NCBI RefSeq assembly: GCF_963853765.1
Contig: NC_088859.1
Span: 26,350,001-26,414,000, forward strand
Length of the DNA: 64,000 nucleotides
Source: Magallana gigas
Taxonomy: Eukaryota
Direction: 5' to 3'
Shown here: positions 22,825 to 51,610 of the stretch, piece by piece
How the letters are laid out: each line of letters begins with the position of its first letter
Position numbering within the stretch: position 1 is the stretch's first letter
The notes under the pieces: generated by a model
What the model was told of the DNA's origin: nothing
What the model saw: the letters and a program-made list of their open reading frames with translations, nothing else
The model's database searches: none
Translations under genes and position numbers: made by a program

Positions 22825-25157
22825 CTACATGTATACCTTACAGTTTGAACAGCAGTTCTCTCTCTCACCAGAAAAAATGAAATTTTCGAAACCAAAGTAG
22901 TTAACCAACATAAGTCTTAAACATTTTTGTTCAGTACAATACATTCTAATCTCCTCTGTCATTCCCTTTCGGTTTTTGGCAATGTCATTTTTATTGAAAA
23001 ACATTACAGCTGTAGAATGTTGTCCATTACGTCCGGCACGTCCTATTTCTTGCAAATACTTCTCTAGATTTGTTGGCGGTCTGCAATGAATGATACGTTC
23101 GACACTTGGTGCATTCAATCCCATGCCTAGAGCAACTGTCGCCAGAATTAACCTAAGCTTTGGGTTGGTTTTGGTCAGTTCTTGAATTATGATTTGTTTC
23201 ATCGACTCGGGATAATCTTTATGAAACTGTCCAAAGATCCTATTTTGAGGGATTTGTTCACCATCATAAGCATTATCCTGAAGCTCACACATGAGAAATT
23301 GAAAAAAATATCCCATTGCTTCTAGATTTTCAATGTACATGATGGTTACTGGGAATGCATGCATTTTTTCCTTCAGTTCTAGTGCAATTGGGTGGATCAA
23401 ATCATCATATTTCTCAAATTTTTTAATATTAGGTAATCTGTTTCTAATTTCTAAGAAAATGTTTGGTCTGTCCACATTTTCAGCAACCACAACTGGTGCC
23501 TTCAAATTCATTACCTTGGAAAGAGTTTCAGTGGCACTCACAGTTGCTGTTGCTGTTAGGAGTAAATGCATTGCATCCTCGAACACACAGACCACTTCAC
23601 CAAGGTTCTTAAATGCGGGGCGAAAATTATCTCCCCTGAAATAGGAAATTAAACCAAAAATAAAACAAAATTTAGCATAAAATAATAGTTTGTTAAATCA
23701 TTTGAAAATAGTGTTATGCAGCTGAAGCAGAAGGAATTATTTAAAAAAATAACAGTATGAAAAATTAGTTTTTTGAAACAAAGTGGATATCAATCAATGA
23801 TCATTATATACATGTATGATCATTTTATCTTTTATAAACATATACATGAAATACATGGCTACGTGGGGCCACTAGGCTGTTTGCCCTCTTTGCACCAGCT
23901 CTTAATTAAAACTGCCTAGGGAGGGAATCGAACCCTCTTACGTAGCAAATATGTTTTAGATCATCTCCATTATTTACATGACACATGTCTTACCTGATTG
24001 TCCTTGTGCATATACCTGGTACATTAGTGATTCTCAACTAGACACGAGTCCTTCAAAGTTTTCTTTATTTTCCAACAACATAGTTTCTTTCTTTACCATG
24101 TTTACTGTATAAATGTAATAGCCCTAAAAAAATCAAAGGAGTCTGGGGGTTTCAAGCTCCCACCCCTCTAGATCTGGACATGATGAGATCTCAAATAAAT
24201 ACTATATATTCTTTATCTTACCATTCAGAAACCATGTGGACTTCATCAACAACAATAGCTCCAACAATATCCTGGTACAATTTGGATCGCAGCAGTCTGG
24301 AAAACTTAGTTTTAATGAAAGCTTCTGGATGAGAATATATTAAGATGAATTCTCCATTTGCCAGTTGTTCAAATGGAACGTCAGATTCCAGACATTCTGA
24401 ACTAGTGAAATCAATATCCTCTTCATCATCAATACTTTCTTCATATGTAATACCATGTGTACCTTGAAAGAGGGACATATATACTTACTAATTTATATAT
24501 TGTTATATTTGTCTATAATGAAATGAAAGCGGTATATAAATAACAGAATGATCAATCATTTGACAATGTTAAAATATCTTGTTAGGGCTTGTCCACAGAT
24601 TATTCAACTTCATACAGGAAGGTTAACATTGCATCTCTAAACTTACAGCATATAACAAAAGGTACCTTAATCTTAACCGACTTTATTTTTCATTAATATC
24701 CTCTAATAAATATCATAAAACAGTGATCTCTTACAATAATAATAGCCGTTAAGTATTTACACCCGTTTTAAATAGTCAAAGTAAACAGAGTGCACGTACT
24801 GACGTAGTAATATAATATTTAAAAATAAAATATTTAAATACCTGTTATATTCAAATAGCAGGCTTTAACACCCCCTTTCCTTAAGCTCATCACTTGATCA
24901 ATCATCAAAGAATTCAAAGGTGAAACGACCAACACACACATAGGTTTATCGCGTTGCAGTTTTTGCTGAGTGAACCAAGGCAGTAACTGAAAAATTATGC
25001 TTTTACCGTATCCTGTAGGTAATATAGAAATACAGTCGTTTCCGTCATATAGTGTTTTCAATGTCTGTAGCTGTTTTTCTTTGAGAATTATGTGTTTTTC
25101 TTGAAATAGAGGACAGTTTTTTAATGCAAACTCGATACACTCATCAAATGACGCCAT
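22825..25157 (-). CDS. AcademH-encoded RecQ-like SF2 helicase, 3 exons, ~455 aa
   Basis: Exons 25157-24842, 24462-24222, 23635-22825 (1368 nt, intact). Motifs: LPTGYGKS (I), VSPLNSLMIDQ (Ia), DEVH (II), WGDNFRPAF, TATA (III), ATVALGMGLN (V), YLQEIGRAGRNG (VI), C-terminal CLR...CCSNC zinc site. Confidence 0.92.
23858..23946 (-). other. ~90-nt structured motif with tRNA-like T-loop, copy 2 (helicase intron 2)
   Basis: - strand reads GCTACGTAAGAGGGTTCGATTCCCTCCCTAGGCAG...AGCTGGTGCAAAGAGGGCAAACAGCCTAGTGGCCCCACGTAGC, closed by GCTACGT/ACGTAGC. Confidence 0.65.
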
Positions 25158-25643
25158 TTTGAGAACTAATTTTTGTAATCGGCACTGTTTCCGTGTGAGT
25201 GATTAAACGGCCGCATTACAAATGTAAGGCGTAGCTACATATCAAATCACATCATACATCCGAGGTTTGATGTAGGATACCGGAATCGGCCGAGGTGCGC
25301 CGAATGAAAAAAAATGACAATGGGAAAACGTCATCAAGTTATGTGTACTTTCTTTTTTGTTTTACACAATAATACCATTTCAGTTCTCATATTCTAGATA
25401 TAAAATTTTAAATGTACATCCCAAGAAATGGGAAAAAATCATTTGAACGGAATTGTTTTACTTCTTGGAACAACTTGTCAATTAAATTTCTATGACGTAG
25501 ATCACAGTTCCGGTTTCATGACGACCTCCAGACGTGAAAATAAGGTAATCTATTTTGTAATATTTTACGTCGTTATGTTGTTATTGCATGTGAGATAAAA
25601 TGTACGCTTAATTAAAATTGTTTTTTCTGGTTTCTTAAACAGA

Positions 25644-26957
25644 ATGTCAAGTCGATATATTTTGCGTAGTGTGCGGGCATTCTCTAAGCAGGGAAGAGCA
25701 CACAGTAGTACAGGATTTTTTCACACAGCGAACCTTTCCACGGCGTTGCTTAGAAAAGCACATCACCCACACTACCCAGCTGTAAACATCAATTATAATA
25801 TTCAGCGACATGTTGCTACAGCTGAAAAGAAATTTGAGTGTTTTAATATCCAAGATGCAAAGGACTTTCAAACTCGAGTAATCGAGAGCCCTGTACCAGT
25901 GATTGTGGACTTTCATGCAACGTAATTTTAACATGCAATTTAAATATTTAGTTGTTTTAGTTTTTTTTTTTTAGAAGTGACTTTAAATTATAAATCGAGT
26001 AATGTACTCAAAATATGGCTTGGGGCACATACAAATTTCATTCAAACATGGGATTTATAGCTGAGATAATTCTCAATATATTTTTCAATAAGAAAACTAA
26101 GAATACTTGTGGAGTTGCACAACTTTAGTTTGTATGTTTTTATAAAGAGCAAAAATATCCAATTTGTCTCATTATTTAAGAATAAGGGTAAATATATATA
26201 GGTATCAATATTTCTCATTGTAATTCTAGAAGCTTCCACGCCTACCATGCCTACTATGGCAATTTATATGCACTATGATAAATTGTAACACTGGACAAAT
26301 CTCATGCATTAATTTCATGTATTCTTAAATGTTATTACTTCGTATGAATGCATTACATATATAATATTTTTTCATATTTTAAAGGTGGTGTGGACCTTGC
26401 AAACTTCTCGGGCCTAGGCTTGAAGCCATCATTTCAAATAAGGAGGGTCAGGTGTCATTAGCCAAAGTTGATGTGGATGAAAATGTTGAAATAGCAATGG
26501 AATATCTGGTAATTAAACTTGGATATGTTTTTATTAGGGTCATTCTTAATAATAAAAAAAAAATGTTTTGTTTGGAATTGCCACCTGAAGGTTTCTAGAC
26601 CCAGGAGGGAGGGAAGATTTTTTTTTATTTTCCAAATTTGAAGTTTGACTAATTCAAAATTGTTAAAAAATAAAAATCTCCATATAAAAAAAAGTTCTTC
26701 ATTTTTTTGCGAAAGAAATTTTATCAGCAGGGAGTATTTCAATGAGGCAGGAGGCAATGGATTATATGCAATCTAATATAAAAAGCAGACTGAGCAAAAA
26801 TAATGTAAATGTGAATTCAGACTGCTTTTTTTTTTAAATTTAGGTTGAATCTTTACCTACCGTAATTGGATTCAAGAATGGAAGAAAAATCAATAAATTT
26901 ATTGGACTGCAAGAGGACGATGCGATTGATTCTTTTGTAGAAAAACTGATTCATTAA
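25644..26957 (+). CDS. TXN2: Mitochondrial thioredoxin (thioredoxin-2), 3 coding exons, ~171 aa
   Basis: Exons 25644-25921, 26385-26508, 26844-26957. Arg/Ser-rich acid-free presequence followed by [22 protein letters not shown]. Probable 5'UTR exon donor at 25545. Confidence 0.93.
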
Positions 26958-27559
26958 CAATTTTATTTACATGACTGGATGAACGCGCCACATGGATTTT
27001 AAAAAATGATTTTCATATTTCAATACAAATTGAATACCGGTACATGTATTTAAAAAAGAAGTCTGTACAATTCATAAAACGTATTCTTCTACAAAGTTGT
27101 CACATTAAGATTTTGAAATGAAGTGGTAGGATAAGAAAACTTATAGCACTGTACATATTTCTACACTTGCTCTTTACATGCATTATATAAATACACAGAA
27201 ATGAATTATTATACGATTTTGATTAATGTTTATAGCTATGTTGATGAGTGTAGGAATTGTAATGGTATAGTGCACACCTGCAGTATTCTATTATTTAAAA
27301 AAGAATGAATGTGTGAATTACCAGTACTAGTACACGTATGAGCATTTTTTAATGTTTTCTTGAAATCAGAGAATTTCTCCCAAATTTGTTATGATGGTTG
27401 TACTACAGCGAGAATAGTTAAAGAGGCATAAAAATATATTATTTTCATGGCTAATAAAATATTTCCATATTATAATGGATTTTCCTTTGGTTTATTTGTT
27501 GATTAATTGCATTTCCATGTGAATTTCTCTTGGAAATATTTTTAGTAAACATGTGAATT

Positions 27560-28140
27560 GTACTAAAAGGTTACTAGTAATTAGGGCTCTGCATCAGTGT
27601 GGGCATTTTCGGTGATTAGTCTGTCTATTCAACTTTACCTGTCCGAGCACAATTAATCTCCCTTTGTCCAAATCTGGCTTATACTTCACCCTTATAGTGC
27701 CCTTAGGTAAATGGTGTGCAGTGACCCTGCACCAAGTTTAAGCTCATAACAATAGTCTATGTGTAAAATACTTGTCTAGATCATGTATTTTTTTTTGTCC
27801 TTTCTTTTCTTATACTTCACATAAGTTGTGCTTATGGGAAAATCCAGTTTTGGACCATAATTCTTCTCCCCTTGTCCCATTATTCCTCAGTACTGAAGAA
27901 CTGCCTTTAGGTAAAGGGTTTGTAGTGACCTTAAATGAATTGTCAAGGTCATTACCAACCTATGTAAAATCTTCTCCTGGCTCTTTTTCTTCAGTAGACC
28001 CATCTAGTCTTGTATTACACCAATACAGTACATGTAGTTGTTAGATAAAGGATGTGCAGTAATCTTGGAACTGAATTTCTATGTCAGAGGTCCAGGTCAA
28101 AACGACGTCTCCTAAAATGTTTTTCATCCTATAGTCCTTA
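27560..28140. repeat. Degenerate repeat with internal subrepeats (Helitron/Helentron-like non-autonomous array)
   Basis: Recurrent motifs such as cttcac/cttcag... and ttaggtaaa(t/g)gg(t)gt(g/t)(c/t)agtgacc at ~27685-27725 and ~27890-27930. Family call is from resemblance only. Confidence 0.4.
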
Positions 28141-30917
28141 ATTGTTACAGGACCCTTTAATTAAGATAGTCGCCAATAATACAGATAAGAATTATTTTGA
28201 TTGTTTAAAAAAATACAATTTTGGAATAGGAGACCTGAAAATGATCACTGTTCACATCTCAGATGTATTTGCGACAACCACCGGAACCTCTTTACCAGTA
28301 AGTGAACCCTTTTCTTCCATGACATGATGTCTTGAATATCGATCATTGTCTGCCTTTTTCATCCATTCATGTTTGCAATGGAGAGGAAACCTGAAATTTC
28401 TAATCTGCACAGAAATTACACATAATCCAATTTGTGGATACAAGTTGAAGGTTTAAATGTATTTTAATATGTATGAGAACAATGTACCATAACTACAGAT
28501 AATTTTCTCTCCAAATTATTTTTCCACTTCTATATAGAAATGCATAAATAACACAGTTCTTGTTTCATATCTTTATTCATTAATGTGACCTTAAGTTTTC
28601 AAAGCAGTCAAAGATTCTAGAGTTGAATAAGAAACTCAACAAGCTCTTCAACTCGTCTTTCAATTCAGTGTCAAGTACGAGAACTATTTGCACACCTAAA
28701 TAATACTCTCTTATCTGTCATGCATCACTTTTTCTTCTAACAAAACAAAGATGCTTTATGCACAATATCAAATACTTTTGTGTGGTGGTAATTATACAAA
28801 GCAGAATTTGTATATTAAAATCGTTTACATTATTCCATAAGTTTAAGACGAGGAAGGAACAAGATTTCTTGATTAATAAAATAAATTACCATACAAAAAA
28901 AAAAGATGAGACAACTCAGCAGTTTTAAGGGAAAAGGAAAACCTTGAACAACTACATGTTCGTGTTCTTATCATTTCTAAATTCTGTAAATGTACTGGAA
29001 TGTTACATGAATGAACCTCTTCTCTATGTAGCATAATACATGAAAATCATTTTGAAAGATTTCACAAAATTAAAAAGAAAAAAAAAAACAATTACAAACC
29101 CTCTATCTAAAAGTAACAAAATCTATTGTTAGAAAAAGAAATATCTATTTTTTCGTATCACATGAAGGTTTATATACTATAATTAAATATTTTTTCCTAC
29201 TCCTATTTGTTATGAAAATATAAATGAACAGTGGGTACACAGCCAAAGTTTTATATCAAAAGGATTAACACCCCACTAACCTCTTCTATTATAACTACCA
29301 TGTTAACAAATTATAATGCTGAATATACAATATTAAAACAACTGAGGGGTTTTTTTGTATTCAAAATAATACAACTCTTTAAGCCATAAATATTCATTAA
29401 ATACATATTCATTACCTTTGATAATTAGAACATGTAATAACATAGACATTGTCATGAAAAAGTACACTTCATTTACAATACAAGTGAATTATATACATAT
29501 GGAAGAATATATGACATAAATGAACAGCTCATAGTTTTTAAATAAATGTACATATTTACAGACAAACAAAAACGTGAAAATATTGGGGGGTTTTCAGAAT
29601 AAAATAAACCGCTCCTGTTTGTACTCTATTACAGAAATGATGTCTCTGCACAAAACAATATCAACAAAGCCTCTGTGAAGGATGAACAAGATGGGATGCT
29701 AATTAATCACATTAAAGAAAACAACAGAAAACACAACCAAATTTGCATCCATGAATATTCATACAGCCTCATTCTCCATGCAACAAAAATGTTATGGTTT
29801 ATTACATTAAAAAGACAGGAGCAGGAAAAAAATTATATATATACATTTTTATTATTGCACATGTAAACCATGAACTTTTTATTTTAAAACACAAAATAAA
29901 TCCAAAGTTAGTTTTTCTGTCTGGTTAGTTTTACAAGATTGCTTGCCGACAAAAATCACACGCCACAATAGAGAGGGAGGACACAGGAACAGTGGTTAAA
30001 TGAACATGTATTCTGACAATTCATTTTTTCTTTCATTTTGAGTGCATGAGTCATGATAAATTCTGGCACTGATTAATACAGCCTCTAGAAAAACACAAAG
30101 AAATACTTGTACAGTATATTAAAAGTTGCTCATGGTAGGATGTGCAATATAAAACTAAAATAAGTCATAGAAAAACAATATTCTAGAGCCATGAACCTAT
30201 TAGCATTTCATTTAGAAAATCTGCCAAATAAAAACAAAACTCTCTCTCTCCGTATCTGATTAAAATACATGTATGTATGAATGAATTCAATATAACCTGC
30301 ATGTATGACTAGTGAGTTTTCTATGAACCTCTCTGTTTAAACCTCTTGATTATTTTTTTTTTAATTCTATAAAAATGCCCTACGAAAATCGACAAATGCT
30401 CTACAATAGAGATGATATACATCAGTATGGATTTCAGTGAAGTAAGAACAAGTATGGATAAGTGACCCTTTCATTCATGAAATTCATTCAACAAAATGGA
30501 CACAACACTGACCAAACAACAACTGGCAAGTTCATCAGTTATATACTAGTTATCATGTACATGTGTATACCCACAGAAGACTAGAATTAGAACTACGTGA
30601 AGGAGAGCGAGAGAGAGAGAGAGAGAGATGGGAGGAAGAAGTGTTCAGAGACAATAAACCTATATGGAGTCTGATCTACAAGGCTATTTTTTTTTCTGTG
30701 ATCACAGTCTAAGCTTGTTGTCAATGGTATCACTCTGCACAAAGAGTATGAGTGGGCTAATCTCTCCAAGGAAGCAAAATATAAACACAAAAATATCACA
30801 GATAGCAGGCATGCATACTCGGCACTCCTCAGGAGTAATCATAGGGAACTTGTCCAGATCCAGATGGTGGTTTCATTAGATTGATGTGTGAGCTCAGATT
30901 TTGAGAGTTTGGTTTGT

Positions 30918-47840
<16,923 letters not shown>

Positions 47841-47970
47841 GATTCCTTTAAAAATTTACCACCGATGGTTTAATTCGTAAAGATTTCAAAGAAGTACGAA
47901 AACTTTTACTCTTTCTCGGGTTCACATGTCATTAATTCATCAATCCGTTTACGAATTTCAAACCAGATGT

Positions 47971-47981
47971 ACGCATGCGCA
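47971..47981. promoter_or_regulatory. NRF1-like motif upstream of KIF2 exon 1
   Basis: acgcatgcgca about 130 bp 5' of the KIF2 ATG; consensus match only. Confidence 0.35.
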
Positions 47982-48084
47982 GGATGTTAAAACGTTTTGC
48001 TGAACTCGATGTAGATCTATTGACACACAAGGGTTGTCTTTCTTTTATCCTTTGAAATTCGCGTAAAATCAATCTAAAACTTAA

Positions 48085-49283
48085 GGTGGCTCTATACACC
48101 CACAATTTATTTCAATTTTCAAAAGTATACTTATCAAATATTAAAATGATGATAGGGATACTATTGGTATTTTAAAAGAATTCTTTAATATTTGTCCGTG
48201 TTTTTGTTTTTAATAATTTTTAAAAAGTTAACTATTAACAAATTGAGAGAACATTTTTTGTCATATGATGGATATTTTCTTAAGACATCTTAAAAAATAT
48301 AACACCTCTTAAAATTCAAAAATGTTATTATTGCATTTTTTTTAGTATTTCCCCAAAACATAATTTTTCATATTTTCTTACTCTGTTCACAAATCATCTG
48401 AAAAAGCTGCTTGATGTTATAAGAAATTGTATTTTAATAAATGTGACATAATAAAATTGAATGAAAATCATTGCAAATAATAAAAAAAAAATATTTTAAA
48501 TTTTATTTGGTATGAAAGTTCCTCAGATAAGAGTTATCGTTCCTAAGTCCCAAGGCCCAAACATCATCGGGGACTTTTCATTTCTGAGTTGAAGAAAATT
48601 TCCTAAATATCATTTTGGAATGATAAATAAATATACATATTTCATTAAAGGCATATATAAGTGATATAATTCGCTTTAATGCAAAAATAAGTCAAATAAA
48701 TAAAGGGGAAAATTAACTAATAGGATTTATGTATCCCAACCTGAGAGAAATTCAAAGCCACCCTCCCATCCCCTTAAGGTGGTAAGGAACATCTGTCAAT
48801 ATTAATGTGGATTAAAATATATTATAATTGAAATACTTTCACCGGTTTAGAATTTTCTTTAACAGTATTCCACCAAAAAATACGTTTTAGAAAATTTTGG
48901 AATGTTAAAATCAAAATGTTTACCGTCCTCAACGAGATTCGAACCCATGATATATAGGTTTGAAGTGAACCCACTCACCCACAGCGCTACGCTGTAGCTA
49001 GTATGTCGATGATGGGAAAGAAACTATTTAAAAAACTATACTTAAATTTATTGTTTATTTCGATTAATATTACAACACATCGTGAAGGTGTCACTTACCA
49101 CATTACTTGCAAGTAATGAATTTTCCAATTATGAAATTCAATCTATTCATTTAACAAATTTTTCAAAAGAACGGTCCCCACACAATTTGCCTCAGTTTAA
49201 ATCAGCCAGTACTTCCAGGTTTACTTTTTTGTGCACTGCGTCATCAAAAAAAAAAAAAAAAAAAGGAGGATTATTTTTCCACC
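48085..49283. mobile_element. Cluster of degenerate TTAA-type non-autonomous DNA transposon copies
   Basis: TTAA|ggtggctctatacacc at 48085; TTAA|ggtggtaaggaacatc at 48778 with a partial inverse ...atttttccacc at 49283. A - strand tRNA-like segment with B box ggttcgaatctc lies at ~48925-48992. Confidence 0.5.
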
Positions 49284-49744
49284 TTTGGATTTTTGAAATA
49301 GCTAAACACATGCTAGTCACTAGTAACAATTAATATAGTCATTAATATTATTGACACTTATTTTTTTTTCTCTGAATGTACGTTAAATAGAGTCGATTTG
49401 TCGAACATTCAATGCAAATGCATCCCATTCTTGTATATTAAATGGGGGGGGGGGATAAAGATCGATACATTTAATTGTAGACGACATCTTAGCATACAAC
49501 AATTTTTAGCGCATTTCTGGTAATATAATTTAGATGAATTAAAAGGCTTGTTTGAAAAAATTTCCGTAACAAAGGCTGGTAAATAAATTTTGTCAGCTTT
49601 GAACATTGTTAATTTATAATTTAGATGTCTTCGTTTTATGACATAACGTATCCCACCCAGTTTCAATATAAAGAGATTCCTTAGAAGCAAAAATTTGTAG
49701 ACCAATGACTATTCTTGCTGCAACCAATTGTACTTTTTTCTAAT

Positions 49745-51610
49745 TTAATATGTAAACGGTGTGACCGTTGGACCGAGCGCAGATTTATCACAATGCAGTT
49801 TGATTGTTGTGTGATAAAATCTATTTAAAACGCACACAGTAGGATCCGCCTGCCTGGTTGCCTACTCAAATCATTAAACTAAACGTCGCGTGCTCAGCTG
49901 TCTACATTATGACGTCATATATCAGATGTAAAACGTTCAAGTTTTGTCTGCGGAAATAGCCGAAGAGAGTTACGCGATTCCAATTTTTTTTTATATTTCT
50001 TTCATTGTTCATCAATTTGATTCATATGAATGCCGCTGTCATAAATTTGAATACTTTATTCAGTATCTAAAAGATCAGTTCCTTGACGTTAATGTTTTTA
50101 TTTTCCATCTGATAATTTGATAAGACATACATAGAAAAAGTCGTGTTTCTTGATTGAAGCACTATTGAAACTTATCTGGTTTCCTTTTTAATTTCTTTTT
50201 ATTCAAATTACCTTCTATTGAAACACTGGAACTTATTTAATCCAGTTCAGGGGCAATAAACATCGATTAGTACTAGTCAATCAATGATCGAACTAACTTT
50301 AACAAAAAAATGGCTGCCAATATGGCGGCGCCCAGGGCTGGAAGAATTTTTTTTTGGCCTTAGTACCCCTGATTCAACTTTCATTTTTCACTGATTTTCT
50401 TATATATACGTGTTACCATTAATCCTCGCTTCGCGAGGCGGGCTTCGCCCGCCTCTCGCTGCGCTCGGTATTATAGGCAATAGAAGAACAACCTCCTCGT
50501 ACATCAGATTCATATACATATATATTCTAACTGAGGCCATTTAAACAATAAAATGTTTCCTTTGGTGATTCATTCGGGACATGAAGGTAGCGACATTGCA
50601 GAAGAAATACATAACCCGCATTAGCAGATTTCAGTCTGGCTGTTTCTATAGAGCTATGTATGAATTAACCATAAGTTTCCGTAAGAAATAGAGGAAATAG
50701 TACTTAATAGATGTAAATATATTTATAATGATGTGTACAATAGTGATAATGGTTTGCGTTTTAGTTTACACTTGAGGTTTTTCATTATTCCTCTCTTCTT
50801 TTTTTCTCATTAGCTACCGGTATAAGATTACATTGTATCTATATGCGTGTATATATTGTCCAGGCGAGATCCTCAGAAAAAAATGACACCTAATACCGAG
50901 CGCAGCGAGAGGCGGGCGAAGCCCGCCTCGCGAAGCGAGGATTAATGGTAACACGTATATATAAGAAAATCAGTGAAAAATGAAAGTTGAATCAGGGGTA
51001 CTAAGGCCAAAACAATTTTCTTCCAGCCCTGGGCGCCGCCATATTGGCAGCCATTTTGTTTTTAAAAAGTTAGTTCGATCATTGATTGACTGGTACTTAT
51101 CGATGTTTATTGCCCCTAGACTCAATTAAAATGTTCCAGTGTTTCAAAAGAAGGTAATTTGAATTGAAGGAAATTAAAAAGGAAACCAGATAAGTTTCAA
51201 TAGTGCTTCAATCAAGAAACACGACTTGTTCTATGTATGTCTTGTCAAATTATCAGTTGAACATTAACGTCAAGGAACTGATCTTTAAGATTCTGAATAA
51301 AGTATTCAATTTTATTACATTGGCATTCATATAAATTAAATTGATGAACAATGAAAGAAGAAATTAAAAAAAAAATCGGAATCACGTAAGTCTCTTCGGC
51401 TATTTCCGAAGACGTTTTACGTCTGGAATATGACGTCATAATGTAGACTGAGCACGCGACGTTTAGTTTAACTTTGACGAATGATTTGAGTAATAGGCAA
51501 ACATGCTGGCGGATCCTACTGTGTGCATTTTAAATAGATATTATTCAAAAATCAAACTGCACTGTGTTAAATCTGCGCTCGGTCCAACGGTCACACCGTT
51601 TACATATTAA
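49745..51610. mobile_element. Foldback-type non-autonomous element: ~725-bp inverted arms around a ~417-bp spacer
   Basis: Left arm 49745-50473 (ttaatatgtaaacggtgtgaccgttggaccgagcgc ... cgctgcgctcggtatta) is the inverse of right arm 50891-51610. Ends read TA|TGT...ACA|TA. Confidence 0.88.

Larger units (their letters stand above)
16675..25306. mobile_element. Full-length AcademH DNA transposon (~8.6 kb)
   Basis: Imperfect ~55-bp TIRs: cattcggcacacctcggcagattc...aacctcggctgtatga on the left and the inverse ending ...cgaggtgcgccgaatg on the right. 9-bp flanking duplication AAAAAAAAT at 16666-16674 and 25307-25315. Convergent transposase and RecQ-like helicase genes. A helicase plus a 9-10 bp TSD defines the AcademH lineage. 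Confidence 0.88.

Noticed and set aside
22825-25157. Host RecQ/WRN/BLM DNA-repair helicase
   Set aside because: It lies inside TIRs and a 9-bp TSD, convergent with a transposase, and has no HRDC or other host domains. This fits the AcademH helicase.
28560-30917. Additional gene between TXN2 and KIF2
   Set aside because: Only short ORFs without splice support; more simply explained as a long KIF2 3'UTR, with a - strand AATAAA near 28570.
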